Shown here one piece after another: positions 18,490-33,734 of a DNA stretch of 64,000 nucleotides (position 1 is the first letter of the stretch; each line of letters opens with the position of its first letter). The stretch is from the human T2T-CHM13v2.0 reference genome, Homo sapiens: NCBI RefSeq assembly GCF_009914755.1, contig NC_060940.1. One strand, written 5' to 3'. The notes under the pieces were generated by a model, which saw only the letters and a program-made list of their open reading frames with translations, had not been told where the DNA came from and ran no database searches. A program made the position numbers and the translations under genes.

Positions 18490-18935
18490 GTCCTTTGCAC
18501 ACTACTCCCTTGCTAGGCTCCCTGCTCCCGCCAATCTAGACAGTGGCGCAAGAGACTGGGGTTGCACTGGGACTCCAGGAAAGGCTTAGCTGTTGACGAA
18601 GGACCGGGGCGGGGCCGGGGGGCGGGGCGAAGGCCAGGATCTCCAGGTACCCGGAACCCCAAGGGGCGGGTGTAGCAGGCAATCTTGGCGAAACTGGGAA
18701 GGGCGGGCAGGAGGGCAGGGAAGCCGCTCACCCAGGCACAAAGCGCCTCCCGCTTGAGCGGACTCCAAAGGGACGGTCCGCGGTGTGCAGCGAGCTGCGC
18801 TCAGGGGACCTTGCGCCCGGCCCTTCTGCTGCACACAGCCCACCCAGGACCTCCCGCAGCGCTGACAGGCGGGGCGGGTGCAAAGACGGGGCGGGGTCTC
18901 TGCGCCCGGCCCCCTCCCCTGACTATCAAAGCAGC
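18490..18935 (+). promoter_or_regulatory. MT1F CpG-island promoter
   Basis: MRE cores 18496, 18783(rev), 18796, 18812, 18830, 18876(rev), 18901; several GGGCGG boxes; variant TATA TATCAAA 18924-18930. Confidence 0.88.
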
Positions 18936-19024
18936 GGCCGGCTGTTGGGGTCCACCACGCCTTCCACCTGCCCCACTGCTTCTTCGCTTCTCTCTTGGAA
19001 AGTCCAGTCTCTCCTCGGCTTGCA

Positions 19025-20130
<1,106 letters not shown>

Positions 20131-20758
20131 TGCCAGGACAACCTTTCTCCCAGATGTAAACAGAGAGACATGTACAAACCTGGATTTTTTTTTTATACCA
20201 CCTTGACCCATTTGCTACATTCCTTTTCCTGTGAAATATGTGAGTGATAATTAAACACTTTAGACCTGATTCTGACTTCAGTTTCCCTTATGTGCTTCAG
20301 AAATCAGAGACTGGTGTGGGGGATCGAACTAGGGTTGCAGACTCCTGGGCTCTAAATGGAAATCTGAGTCCCTAACAATCAGAGTGCATTAAGGCAAGCC
20401 AGGCTGCCTCACTGTGCTTCCTCTTCTGTAGAATGGAATAACACTTCATCAGGTCATTGGTGGGGATCCAGAATACAGGATCACCTTCATTCTCAAATGT
20501 GGCACAGAAACTTCTCAATGCCTCCTGTTCCTTCTCTGATTTCTCTGCCCAACTTCAATTCCTCTTTGGATTTCAGGTTAGAAAGTGACTACACGGAATG
20601 GAATCAAACCCCTTAGTTATTTGAATTCTACACCGGGCTTCTCAAACTCCAGGGTGAAGGAGGGGTTTTTAATTCCTATCCATTCCACATCTAAACCTTG
20701 GTAAATGAAATAATACTAATGATGGAAGTCATGAAATTAAATTCAATATACAAAATCT

Positions 20759-21048
20759 GGCCGAGCAGGATGACTCACACCTATAATCCCCATACTTTGA
20801 GAGGCTCAAAAGGGAGGATCACTTGACACCAGGAGTTTGAGACCAGCCTTGGCAACATAGGGAGACCCTTGTCTCTAAATAAATAAATAAACACTTAACA
20901 AGGTGTGGTGGAGCAAGTCTGTAATCGTAGCTACTTGGAGGCTGAGGCAGGAGAATCCATCTAGCTCAGGAATTGAAGGCTGCAGTGAGCCATGTTTGCA
21001 CCATTGCATCGCAGTCTGGGTGACAGAAGGAGACCTCATAAAAAAAAT
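20759..21048 (+). mobile_element. AluJ
   Basis: Diverged full-length dimer, TSD tacaaaatc. Confidence 0.85.
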
Positions 21049-22140
21049 TACAAAATCCATTTTTAGACTCAACAGGAAAAAGTTCAATAAATATAAAAAG
21101 AAATACCAGGAAAATTACAACTTTATAAACTATGTATATGTTGATGGATGCCGTGCACTGCAGACTGTAAACAGCAGACAGGCCCTAGTGTGTAGATTAC
21201 ACACTTTGAGCAGCAGTGGTCATGACATCCTGACAAGGAACCATCAGTCCTGGCTGGCCCAGTGTCACCAACAGGACACTCTCCGACCCCTGAGTGCGCC
21301 CTGTAGTGACTTGTGTCTGAATCTTTGGCAGTTTCTCCCAAGATTAAGCTATTTTTGTTCTTTAAATTCCAACCTTGATTAATTCAGGGCAGCAAAGTGA
21401 CTGGAGATGTGGAGGAAAGCGTCATCTCGGCAACGCAGAGTCATGAGAAGGACTGGGTGCAGATGAAGGATGTTGAGTGTGCTGATGCAGTGGTGATGGC
21501 ATATTCTGCAGTTGGAAGGTGTGTTGCTGTTCAAGAAGGAGAGAGGAGTCACCCTGGTGACTGGTAGTTAGGCCAACAGTAGGTTCCACTGGCTACTGGT
21601 TCGAGAATTGCTATCTGATGTTCAATCACAGAGGAAGAGGAGTTAAGTGGCCCAGGAGTCAGGACCATGCTTGCCCGCAGGTGCCCTTTGTGAAGAGGGC
21701 ATTTCAGAAGGCAGCGTGGGTCATGTGCAAGTTTGGGTGTCACATAACCAGATTCACAGCCCACTTCACACCTTCCTGGCTGTGTAGCTGGCACAAGTCA
21801 CTTAACCTCTCTGTGCCTCCATTTCCTCACTTGTAGAAAGCAGATTATAAATATATGTAGGGATTAAATGTGATAGTGCCCTGGTACCTGGCTCGGGCTT
21901 AATAAACAGTGCTGTTATAATCATTTGTCCACGTGCACTTCCTGGAGATAGAATCCTGTTACATCTCATCAAGCTCCTTGGGTAACACTAATCTGCCTGG
22001 AGGTATTATGTGGACTGGAAGTTGAGGATGGGTCTCTTGTTGATCTGGTCTTAAGGGCATGTGGATGACCTCCTGCACAAAATTGTCCAGGATGAGACAC
22101 TGCTGCAGCATTTGGACAGAGAACAATCCTTTCCCACCAT

Positions 22141-23010
22141 GTTGAGTATAAAAAGTAGACTTTGTTTTTATATTTCATACTAATTCATTTTAGTTTATTT
22201 TGCCAAAGCTTAGGTCTGTTACAGATGCCCATACCATGATATCTCTTACGTGCTATCCCCAACCCCTCCCTTCCTCCCTCTGCGCACCATCGCCACCAGC
22301 TTTGCCTCTCTGGGGTCCGTGTGCAGCTCCATCCTCGTGCTCACCTTCTACACTGGCTGTAGCAGGGAGCGGAGCTAGTGAGCAGTGTGCAGATGAGCCA
22401 CGGTGGAGGTGACTTGCTTCTCCCTCACCCTCCCCTCTCATTGTCTGTCCTTCTTCCCACCTAGGACCCTCAAAATCGTTTCCCCTGCAGACAGAATGTG
22501 GCAACCAAGGGTCGGCCTCTCTCTCTGTTCCTTCGATGCTCCTCCTCTGAGGTGATGGTGGGCACATTTGTCAGTTTCCTCCTTTTCATATAGTTCTCCC
22601 GGACTATCCCAGGCCTGCCAGCCACCCCACTGCAGGATGGCAGTTTTGAAAATGAGGGGCACCCTCCAAAGAGGATGACTTTGGGTGACATGCAGACCCT
22701 GCGGTCAATCAAGGAGAGTAGTGGGTATTTCTCTTCAATGTTCTTATCATGTAACATTTAGAACGTGCCAGGCCTCTTTAAATCATTCATTCCTTGAACA
22801 CTCCCAATAATCCTAAAGGGAAATGCTATTTATGAACCCATTTTACTAATCTGACAACTATAACAAGAAGTTTAAGTAACTTGCTCAACATCAGAGAGCT
22901 GAAAACTTATCACTGATTTAAATCTAGCCAGCCTCTCAAGAGAAGCTGTCCATGATCAAGCTTTCCTTTGGCCCAGGTATGTCGTCAGCACTTTTCTATT
23001 GCTGGAAATC
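22141..23010 (-). other. Inverted relic of an MT1IP-like repeat unit whose gene body is deleted
   Basis: 22251-23010 reverse-complements to MT1IP upstream (~35145-35300 and 36245-36820); 22141-22250 reverse-complements to MT1IP 3' flank (~39351-39470). Confidence 0.8.
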
Positions 23011-23191
23011 TTTTTTTTTTTTTTTTTTTTTTTGAGACGGATTCTCCCTGTGTCGGCCAGGCTGGAGTGCAGTGGCTCCATCTCAGCTCACTGCAACCTC
23101 AATCTCGGCTCACTGCAACCTCCGTCTCCCAGGCTCAAGCAATTCTCCTGCCTAAGCCTCCAGAGTTAGCTGGGACTACAGGCGTGTGCCA
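23011..23191 (-). mobile_element. Alu right arm only, cut by a deletion
   Basis: Shares tail-side flank and the private motif cctggccgac with the Alu at 34855-35143. Confidence 0.85.
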
Positions 23192-23208
23192 AGATGATGC
23201 TTGACTCT

Positions 23209-23805
23209 GAGCTGGCGCAGGTGCAGGACCCACCTGCAGGGAAGAGAAAAAGGCAGTGAGCAGTGAGTGTGCTGCAGGGTTAGGAGCAGGCCCTCAGCAT
23301 CCTCATGCTCAGTGCATGGGAAACCTGGTACCTTGTTCTGCTCAGGCACACGGAAGCCCAGCCCCATCTTTTCTCCACACAGGTTGGGATAGGCAGGCGC
23401 CCTCCTAATTTTACTCCACAAGGCCTTATGTCAGGAATCCTTAAGAGGCAATGCTCCCTGCCTCCCATCCACTTCAGGCAGCTCTAATGCGGGACAGAGC
23501 ACTGGGTCCCAGCCCAGGACCCTACTGGCTATCTGGGTGACCCGGAGCAGGGCAGTTTTGAGCCTCAGTCCTCTAGCTTCAGAAATGGAAGGCACTGGGA
23601 AGATGACAACAGTCTAAGTGGTGATGAAGGCGCTTGGCAGGAAGAAAGCACCGGAAGTGCAAAGTAAAGGAGGCCACTTTAGGGAGAGCTAACATGCACC
23701 TCCCTCCTGCCCCGGGGACATTCCATCCTCTGGAATGAAAATGGAGATCCTAAGGCCCGAAACCCGGTATCTCTTACTAGTGGAGCAGGAGCACTTGGGG
23801 TACAT
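23209..23805 (-). pseudogene. Truncated MT1IP-like metallothionein gene (exon 1 23805-23778, intron 1, first 25 nt of exon 2 23233-23209)
   Basis: Reverse strand ATGTACCCCAAGTGCTCCTGCTCCACTA|GTAAG ... cctgcAG|GTGGGTCCTGCACCTGCGCCAGCTC, then homology stops. Intron closely matches MT1IP intron 1 minus its AluY. Confidence 0.88.
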
Positions 23806-23894
23806 TTCGAGCCGAGGTGCGGCTGGGGTTTCTAAGGGAGGGGCGCAGAAGCAGTAGGGCAGGTGGGAGGCATGGTGGATTCCATGAAGCGGGC

Positions 23895-24290
23895 GATCAA
23901 TTTATAGTTAGAGGAGGGGGCCGGGTGCAGAGCACCCCCTCCCCCACCCCCACGCGGAATCCGCGGCGCCTGCGGTCCTGGGTCGGGATGTGCGCAGCAG
24001 GCGAGTCGGGAGCACCATCCCCTGAGCGCAACCTGGTGGGCCCCCTGGGGCCGCCCCTTTGGCGCCCGCTAGTGCGGGAGGGGCTATGCTCCCGGAGGTA
24101 CGTGGCGCCCCTGCCACCCTGAGAGCTATTTTCTATTCCCAGGTGGTCGCGTTATCCTCATCCCCCGCCCTGCACCTTCGTCATCAGCTTTGCCTCTCCC
24201 GTGTCCGTGTGTAGCTCCATCCTCGTGCTCGCCTTCTTCATTGGCGGAAGCTGGGAGCCGAGAGAGTGAGCCGTGCGCAGATGTGCGGCG
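23895..24290 (-). promoter_or_regulatory. CpG-rich promoter of the truncated MT gene
   Basis: TATAAA (minus) 23901-23906; MRE cores (minus) 23923-23929, 23990-23996, 24024-24030, 24273-24279. Confidence 0.78.
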
Positions 24291-26071
24291 GTGGAGGTGG
24301 CTTTTGTTTCTCCTCCGCGCCCCCTCCCCGCCCGCCCCGCACATTGCCTGTCGCTCTTCCCACCTAGGACCCTCAAACTGGTTCCCCCTGTACACAGAAC
24401 CTGGCGACCACGGATCATCCCCTCTCTCTTCCTTCGATGCGATCATATAACATTTAGATTTTGCCAGGCCCCTTTAAATCATTGCTTCTTTGAACCCTCC
24501 CAACAATCCTAAAGGGAAATACTGTTTATGAACCCGTTTTACTAATCTGACAATTATAGCATAAAGTTTAAGTAACTTGCTCAACATCACGGAATGGAAA
24601 AGTTGTCACTGATTTGAATCCAGCCAGCCTCTCAAGAGAAGGTGTCGATGATCAAGCCTTCCTTTGGCCCAGGTACGTCATCAGCATTTCCCTATTGCTG
24701 GAAATCTTTTAAACAATGTCAAGCCACAAGCTGAACCATAAGCCGTGATAAAAGCAATCTATAACTGTAATATATATACACACACATACAACACACACTT
24801 ATACTTCTTCTGACTATCTTCTATGTGTGGAATAAGACTGATTTTCATTTTTGCTGCTGGAAAAGAGTTTGCTTTAAATGAAAATATATTTAAGAAAATA
24901 TTAATAATTTCAATATTGTATGTTAAGTAAAGTACAGTGACTGGGAGGGCAGAAATGATATTCTTTTTGATCTGACATGAGGCATGGAATCTTGTTTATA
25001 CGTTTACATCCCTAGTGTTAGCGAATGTCCCTTTGACCACAGGACACATGTTCATGTAGTAGATGAGAATAACAAGATACACAAGTGAGAACATCTGGCC
25101 TGGCTGCTTTGTCTGTGAGTAAATAAATATCCCTCATGCTATGTATAATGAGAAAAAAAAAGCAACAGTTATTGTTATAGATGACTTACCCCTTGCCAGG
25201 CACCATTCTAAGTTCCTTACATGAATTAAATCATTTAATTTTACAAGCCAGATACTATTATCCTCCAGTTGATAAGACTGAGACACAGAGGTTGTGTCAC
25301 ACACAAAGTGGCAGAGGTGGGATTTGCACTCATGCAGGCTGACTGCAGCATCGTGCCCTTACCCCATGCTCTATGCCACCAAGTCAATACAAGGATGAGG
25401 ATGCTGAATGTCTGGCCGTGAGGCAGCTTTGGAAGCACATTGAGTTGGCAGTCAGATCGCTGTGCATAGCCATGGACCTCTCTGGGCTTCAGTTCCTATC
25501 TCTCAAGCCAAGAGCAAAATTTGTTCATCTCCAAAGTCCTTTATAGCTTTGAACAGAGATTGGCAGGGTTTGGCATCTAGGGATGCCATGATCTGCCAGC
25601 TGTGGGCAGGGCCAGAGGCCAGCCTTACCATAGGTTCATCCATCCCTTTCCTTCTCAGCTGTGTGGCATTGGGGAGGTTGCTTAATTCCTCTGAAAGATG
25701 ACTCAAGCACACCAGCCCCTGAATATTTTCTGTCCCTGTCCTGAAGCTTGTGACCTTCATTCAACAGGTTACATGAAGGTCAAATGACATGAAGAATGGG
25801 AAAGGATTTTATGAGTGTTCAAATGTTGGGGGAGCGTCTTATCACAGAGGACTTTCTGCAGGAGGACATCCACACTCCTCCTGTCACTGGATCAGCCAGG
25901 TATGCAACCACTTCACAGCATCCCACCCAGAGCAATGCTTCCAAACCAATGAGCCTTTCTCCAGGAGTGAGTTAGGATTTAATGGTATCTTTTTCCAAGA
26001 AAGTCAGTGCAGAGAGAATGATCATAATCACCATTGTTTATTAAAGCCTAGGCAGCAGCCAGGCCACTCTC

Positions 26072-26383
26072 TTATTTTCTTTTTTTCTTTTCCTTTTTTT
26101 TTTTTGAGACAGAGTCTCATTCTGTTGCATAGCCTGGAGTGCAGTGGCACAATCTTGGCTGACTGCAGCCTCTATATCCTGGACTTAAGCAATCTTCCCA
26201 TCTCAGCCTCCAGAGTAGCTCAGACAGACACAGGCCACCAGAGCCATATAATTTTTGTATTTTTTGTAGAGACGGGGTTTCTCCATGTTGCCCGGGCTGG
26301 TCTCAAACTCCTGGGCTCAAACAGTCTCCCTACTTCTGCCTCCCAAAGTGCAGGTATTACAGGCATGAGCCACTATGCCCGGC
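26072..26383 (-). mobile_element. AluJ (mirror of 33442-33734)
   Basis: Same 5' flank and shared variant gtaatacctgcac. Confidence 0.85.
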
Positions 26384-27855
26384 CCACACTCTCATTTAAT
26401 CCCTGCATTGAGATATAATCTCCTTTCTACAAATGAGGCACTAGATGCTCAGAGAGTGTGGGTGACTTGCCCAAACCACACAGCCAGTAAGTGGTGGAGT
26501 GGGCTGTGAAATAAGACTCCCTGACACCTAAAACTATGCCCTAGGGGCAGGCTGCCTTCTGAAATCATTTCACAAGGAAGCAACAGGTAAGTGTGGTCCT
26601 GACTTCTACACAAGGAGATTCATCTTCCTCTTTGACTGAACATCAAATAGCATTCCCTCCACAAGTGGAGGGACTAACTTGTCATTAACAAGACATCCAG
26701 GGACTCTTTCTTTCCTAAGGAACATCACCACACTCAGCCAGCTGCACAATCTGCCATAGCTGTGTTCTGAGAACTTCTGTAAACAAAGTAATATTAATTA
26801 TGGAGATGATGAAATCACAAGCAAAATTCCAAACTAAGTTCATCTGCAACCCACGATCACACTACATCTTGGCGGGAATATGCTGGTTTGAAGTAGTCAA
26901 GGGCTGGAGTTTGAAAGAGGAACAAATGAAGCCTGACCTTGGGAGGAACTTCCAAAGATTCTGAGCCAACTCCCAACAGGGAGCTCTCAGGATTCAGCGA
27001 GTGTCCTGAGTGTGCTGTCTGTCTGTGACGCTGGCTAGGCCAAGCCTGATGGTTCCTCATGAGAATGTCCTGGCCTGTGCTGCTGAAGGTGTGGTCCACA
27101 GTGGGGTCAGTCTGCTGTTTCCAGTCTCCAATGCAACTCATCCATGAACATATGTGCAGAGTTTGTAAACCTTCCATTTTTCTGTTATTTCTGTATGTAT
27201 TTATTGATTTTTTTGTGTAAAATGTAAAACATGGGTTCTGTATTTTGTGTTTCATTATCTTCATAGTTAATATTACTTTATTTACAAAGGTTTAGGTCTG
27301 GGATGGATAGAAAATGAAAACTGTCCCTTCACCGTGGAGTTTGAGAAGCCCCGTGGAGGATTCAAGTAATTTAGGCATTGGAATCCACCTCCTGTGGTCA
27401 CTTTCAAGCCTAAAATCCGCGGAGGATCTGAACTTGGGCAGGGAAACCTGAGAATAAACATGAGGAATGGAGAAGTCTCTGTACCACGTTTAATGAGTGG
27501 AGCTGATCGCGTATGTCCCCATCCCCATATCATCCAGCACAGTGCAGGTGCCTTTTACAGAAGATGGAGGTCAGTGATGTAACGGGGCTTGCCTGAAGGC
27601 GCTCAGACTGTTCAGCACTCACATTTCCATCCAGAGCCCAGTCTAAACTCCCAGTTCAATCTCCCACCCCAGTCCCTCATTCCAAAAACACAACAGGAAC
27701 CAGAACGGGAATCAAGTCTAAGTGTTTAATTATTATTCACATATTTCACAGAAAAAAAGGAATGTAGCAAAGGGGTCAAGATTGTAGCAAAAAACAAAAA
27801 ATCCTGGATTTTACGGGTCACTCTATTTGTACTTGGGAGCAGGGCTGTCCCGACA

Positions 27856-28970
<1,115 letters not shown>

Positions 28971-29059
28971 TGCAACCCGAGGCGAGACTAGAGTTCCCAA
29001 GCGAGAAGGGAAGAGGCAGTGGGTGCACGTGGAAGGCGGAGTGGAGCCCAACAGCCAGC

Positions 29060-29500
29060 GGCTGCTTTTATAGTCAGGAGACGGGGCCGGGCGCAGACGC
29101 CCCGCCCCGCCCTTGCACCCAGCCCGCTGAGTCCGCACCGCCCGCGGTCCCGGCCTGGGCTGTGCGCAGGAGATGGGCCAAGTGCAAGGTCCCTTGAGCG
29201 CAGCTGGGCGCACACCGCAGGACGGCCCCTTTCGCACCGGCTCGCGAGGGAGGCGCTGTGCCCCCCGTGTGCGGCTTCTCTCACCCTGCCAGGCCTTCCC
29301 AGCTTCCCTGAGGTTGCCTGCTACACCCGCCCCTTGGCGTTCCGCCTACCCCAGTATTCTGGCTTTCCCCTCACCTTCACCAACGCCCAGGTCTCTAGTC
29401 AATAGCTAAGCCTTTCCTGGAGTCGAGGGCAACCCCAGTCTTGTGCTCCACTTTCTGGATCTGCCAAAGCGGGGAGCATAGCAAGGGAGTAGTGTGCAAA
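29060..29500 (-). promoter_or_regulatory. MT1G CpG-island promoter
   Basis: TATAAAA (minus) 29066-29072; MRE cores 29089, 29114, 29162, 29196, 29492; GC boxes. Confidence 0.88.
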
Positions 29501-30329
29501 GGGCAGGCCAAGGGTGCGAACTTCGCATCTCTGGCAGTATCCGCCCTGTCCCCGTTCCCACCTCAGTCCTTTGGTCACGCTTCTCCTGTGCTCAGTAACA
29601 CGGAAGAAACAGTGATCTGCCTCTCTCTTCTATTCTCCACTCTTGAGGAGCTGAATGGGCCCATTTGTCCAGGTCCTCCTTTGCATAAATCTCTCCAGGG
29701 TCTCCCCACAGCCTAGCCGGGTACCCCACTACAGGATGGCAGTTTGGAAAGTGTGGCAAGTCCCTAGAAGAGGGATCATTGAAGGTGATATGAAGATCCT
29801 GCATTAAATTAGAAAGCAAGAGCGCTGGTTATTTTTCCTTCCATATTCCTATTACTCTATGTTACACGGGTCTGTGTTTGGCCCTGTTTAATCACTTTCT
29901 GTCTTTGAACCCTCACAGCAACCCTAAAGGGACATGAGTCCTTTTCACGAACCCGTATTCCTAATCTGGACAATGACGAGGAGTTCAAGCCACTAGCCCA
30001 GGGTCAGGGAGCTGGGAAGTGGCACTGCTTGGTGTGAATCCTGTCAGCTTCCCTAGGTAGAGAGGTCAGTGATGAAGCTTCTCTATGGCCTAGGTATGTT
30101 TATCTCTTCACTGCTTGAAATCTTTCAACAAAACCAAGCATTACAGTCAGTCCTGGAAGCAAAACAGAGACATAGAGGGATATGAATAAGTATACTTTGA
30201 TGGGAGGGAGGCAGGGTCCTGTGTCTTCCGTGTTGCTGTGCACAGGAGAAACGTGGCCGAAGAACTGAGGTGGGGACGGGGACAGGAACAGGCAATGCCA
30301 GAGATCTGAAGGTCGCATCCTCGGCATGT

Positions 30330-30790
30330 CCCTTGCACACTACTCCCTCGCTGTGCTCTCTGCTCCCACCAATCCAGACAATTGAACAAGAGACTGGGGT
30401 TGCACTGGGACTCCAGGAAAGCCTTAGCTGTTGACAGGGGGTGGGCAGGCCCCGGGGTGTGGGGCGCAGGTCAGGATCTCGGGGCACGCGGAACGCCAAA
30501 GGGCGGGAGTAGCAGGTAATCTCAGGGAACTGGGCAGGCCCGGCAGGGTGAAACAAGCAGCTCACCCGGGTGCACAGCCCCTCCCGCGGGAGCCGCTGCG
30601 AAAGGGCCGTCCCCGCGGTGTGCACCGACCTGCGCTCAGGGTACTTTGCGCCCGACCCGTCTGCTGCGCACAGCCCAGCCCAGGACCGCGGGCGGCTCGG
30701 ACTCAGTGGGTCGGGTGCAAGGGTGGGGCAGGGTCTCTGCACCCGGCTCCCTCCCCTGACTAGAAAAGGAGCTGCCAACTGTTGCGCTCC
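30330..30790 (+). promoter_or_regulatory. MT1H CpG-island promoter
   Basis: MRE cores 30334, 30568(rev), 30618(rev), 30631, 30647, 30665, 30713(rev), 30738, 30783; TATA position reads TAGAAAA 30761-30767. Confidence 0.88.
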
Positions 30791-30861
30791 ACCACGCCCT
30801 CCACGTGTTCCACTGCCTCTTCTCTTCTCGCTTGGGAACTCCAGTCTCACCTCGGCTTGCA

Positions 30862-31966
<1,105 letters not shown>

Positions 31967-33441
31967 TGTCGGGACAGCCCTGCTGTCAGATGAAAACAGA
32001 ATGACACGTAAAATCCAGGATTTTTTTTTTCTACAACTCCGACTCATTTGCTACATTCCTTTTTTTCTGTGAAATATGTGAATAATAATTAAACACTTAG
32101 ACTTGATTCCCGTTCTGGTTCCTGTTGTGTTTTTTGGAATGAGGGACTGGGGTGGGAGATTGAACTGGGAGTTTAAAGACTGGGCTCTGGATGGAAATGT
32201 GAGTGCTGAACAGTCTGAGCGCCTTCAGGTGAGCCCCATTACATCACTGACCTCCATCTTCTGTAAAAGGCACCTGCACTGTCCTGGCTCATATGGGGAT
32301 GGGGACATACGCGATCAGCTCCACTCATATTAAATGTGGTACAGAGACTTCTCCATTCCTCATGTTTATTCTCAGGTTTCCCTGCCCAAGTTCAGTTCCT
32401 CAGCAGATTTTAGGCTTGAAATTGGCCACAGGAGGTGGATTCCAATGCCTAAATTACTTGAATCCTCCATGGGGCTTCTCAAACTCCACGGTGAAGGGAC
32501 AGTTTTCATTTTCTATCCATCCCAGACCTAAACCTTTGTAAATAAAGTAATATTAATTATGAAGATAATGAAGCACAAAATATAGAACCCATGTTTTACA
32601 TTTTACACAAAAAAATCAATAAATACATACAGAAATAACAGAAAAATGGAAGATTTACAAACTCTGCACATATGTTCATGGATGAGTTGCATTGGAGACT
32701 GGAAACAGCAGACTGACCCCACTGTGGACCACACACCTTCAGCAGCACAGGCCAGGACATTCTCATGAGGAACCATCAGGCTTGGCCTAGCCAGCATCAC
32801 ACACAAGACAGCACACTCAGGACACTCGCTGAACCCTGAGAGCTCCCTGTTGGGAGTTGGCTCAGAATCTTTGGAAGTTCCTCCCAAGGTCAGGCTTCAT
32901 TTGTTCCTCTTTCAAGCTCCAGCCCTTGACTACCTCAAACCAGCATGCTCCTGGCAAGAGGCAATGTGATCGTGGGTTGCAGATGAAGTTATTTTGGAAT
33001 TTTGATTGTGATTTCATCATTTCCATAATTACTAATACTTTATTTACACAAGTTCTCAGAATACAGCTATGGCAGATTGTGCAGCTGGCTGAGTGTGGTG
33101 ATGTTCCTTAGGAAGGAAAGAGTCCCTGGATGTCTTGTTAATGACAAGTTAGTCCCTCCATTTCTGGAGGGAATGCTATTTGATGTTCAGTCAAAGAGGA
33201 AGATGAATCTCCTTGTGTAGAAGTCAGGACCACGCTTACCTGCTGCTTCCCTGTGAAGCAATTTCAGAAGGCAGCCAGCGCCTAGGGTGTAGTTTTAGTT
33301 GTCAGGCAGTCCTAGTTCACAGCCCACTCCACCACTTACTGGCTGTGTGGTTTGGGCAAGTCACCCACACTCTCTGAGCATCTAGTGCCTCATTTGTAGA
33401 AAGGAGATTATATCTCAATGCAGGGATTAAATGAGAGAGTG

Positions 33442-33734
33442 GGCCAGGCACAGTGGCTCATGCCTGTAATACCTGCACTTTGGGAGGCAGAGGTGGGAAG
33501 GTTGTTTGAGCCTAGGAGTTTGAGACTAGCCTGGGCAACACGGAGAAACCCCGTCTCTACAAAAATTACAAAAATTAGACGATGTGATGCCATGCACCTG
33601 TGGTCCTAGCTGCTCTGGAGGCTGAGAAGGGAGGATTACTTGAGCTCAGGAGGTAGAAGTTATAGTCAGCAAGATCGTGCCACTGTACTCCAGGTTGGGC
33701 AACAGAACAAGACTCTATCTCAAGAAAAAAAAAA
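33442..33734 (+). mobile_element. AluJ
   Basis: Full-length dimer, mirror of 26072-26383. Confidence 0.85.

Noticed and set aside
25789-26418. 209-aa ORF and the many other ORFs containing [15 protein letters not shown]
   Set aside because: Translations of Alu sequence.
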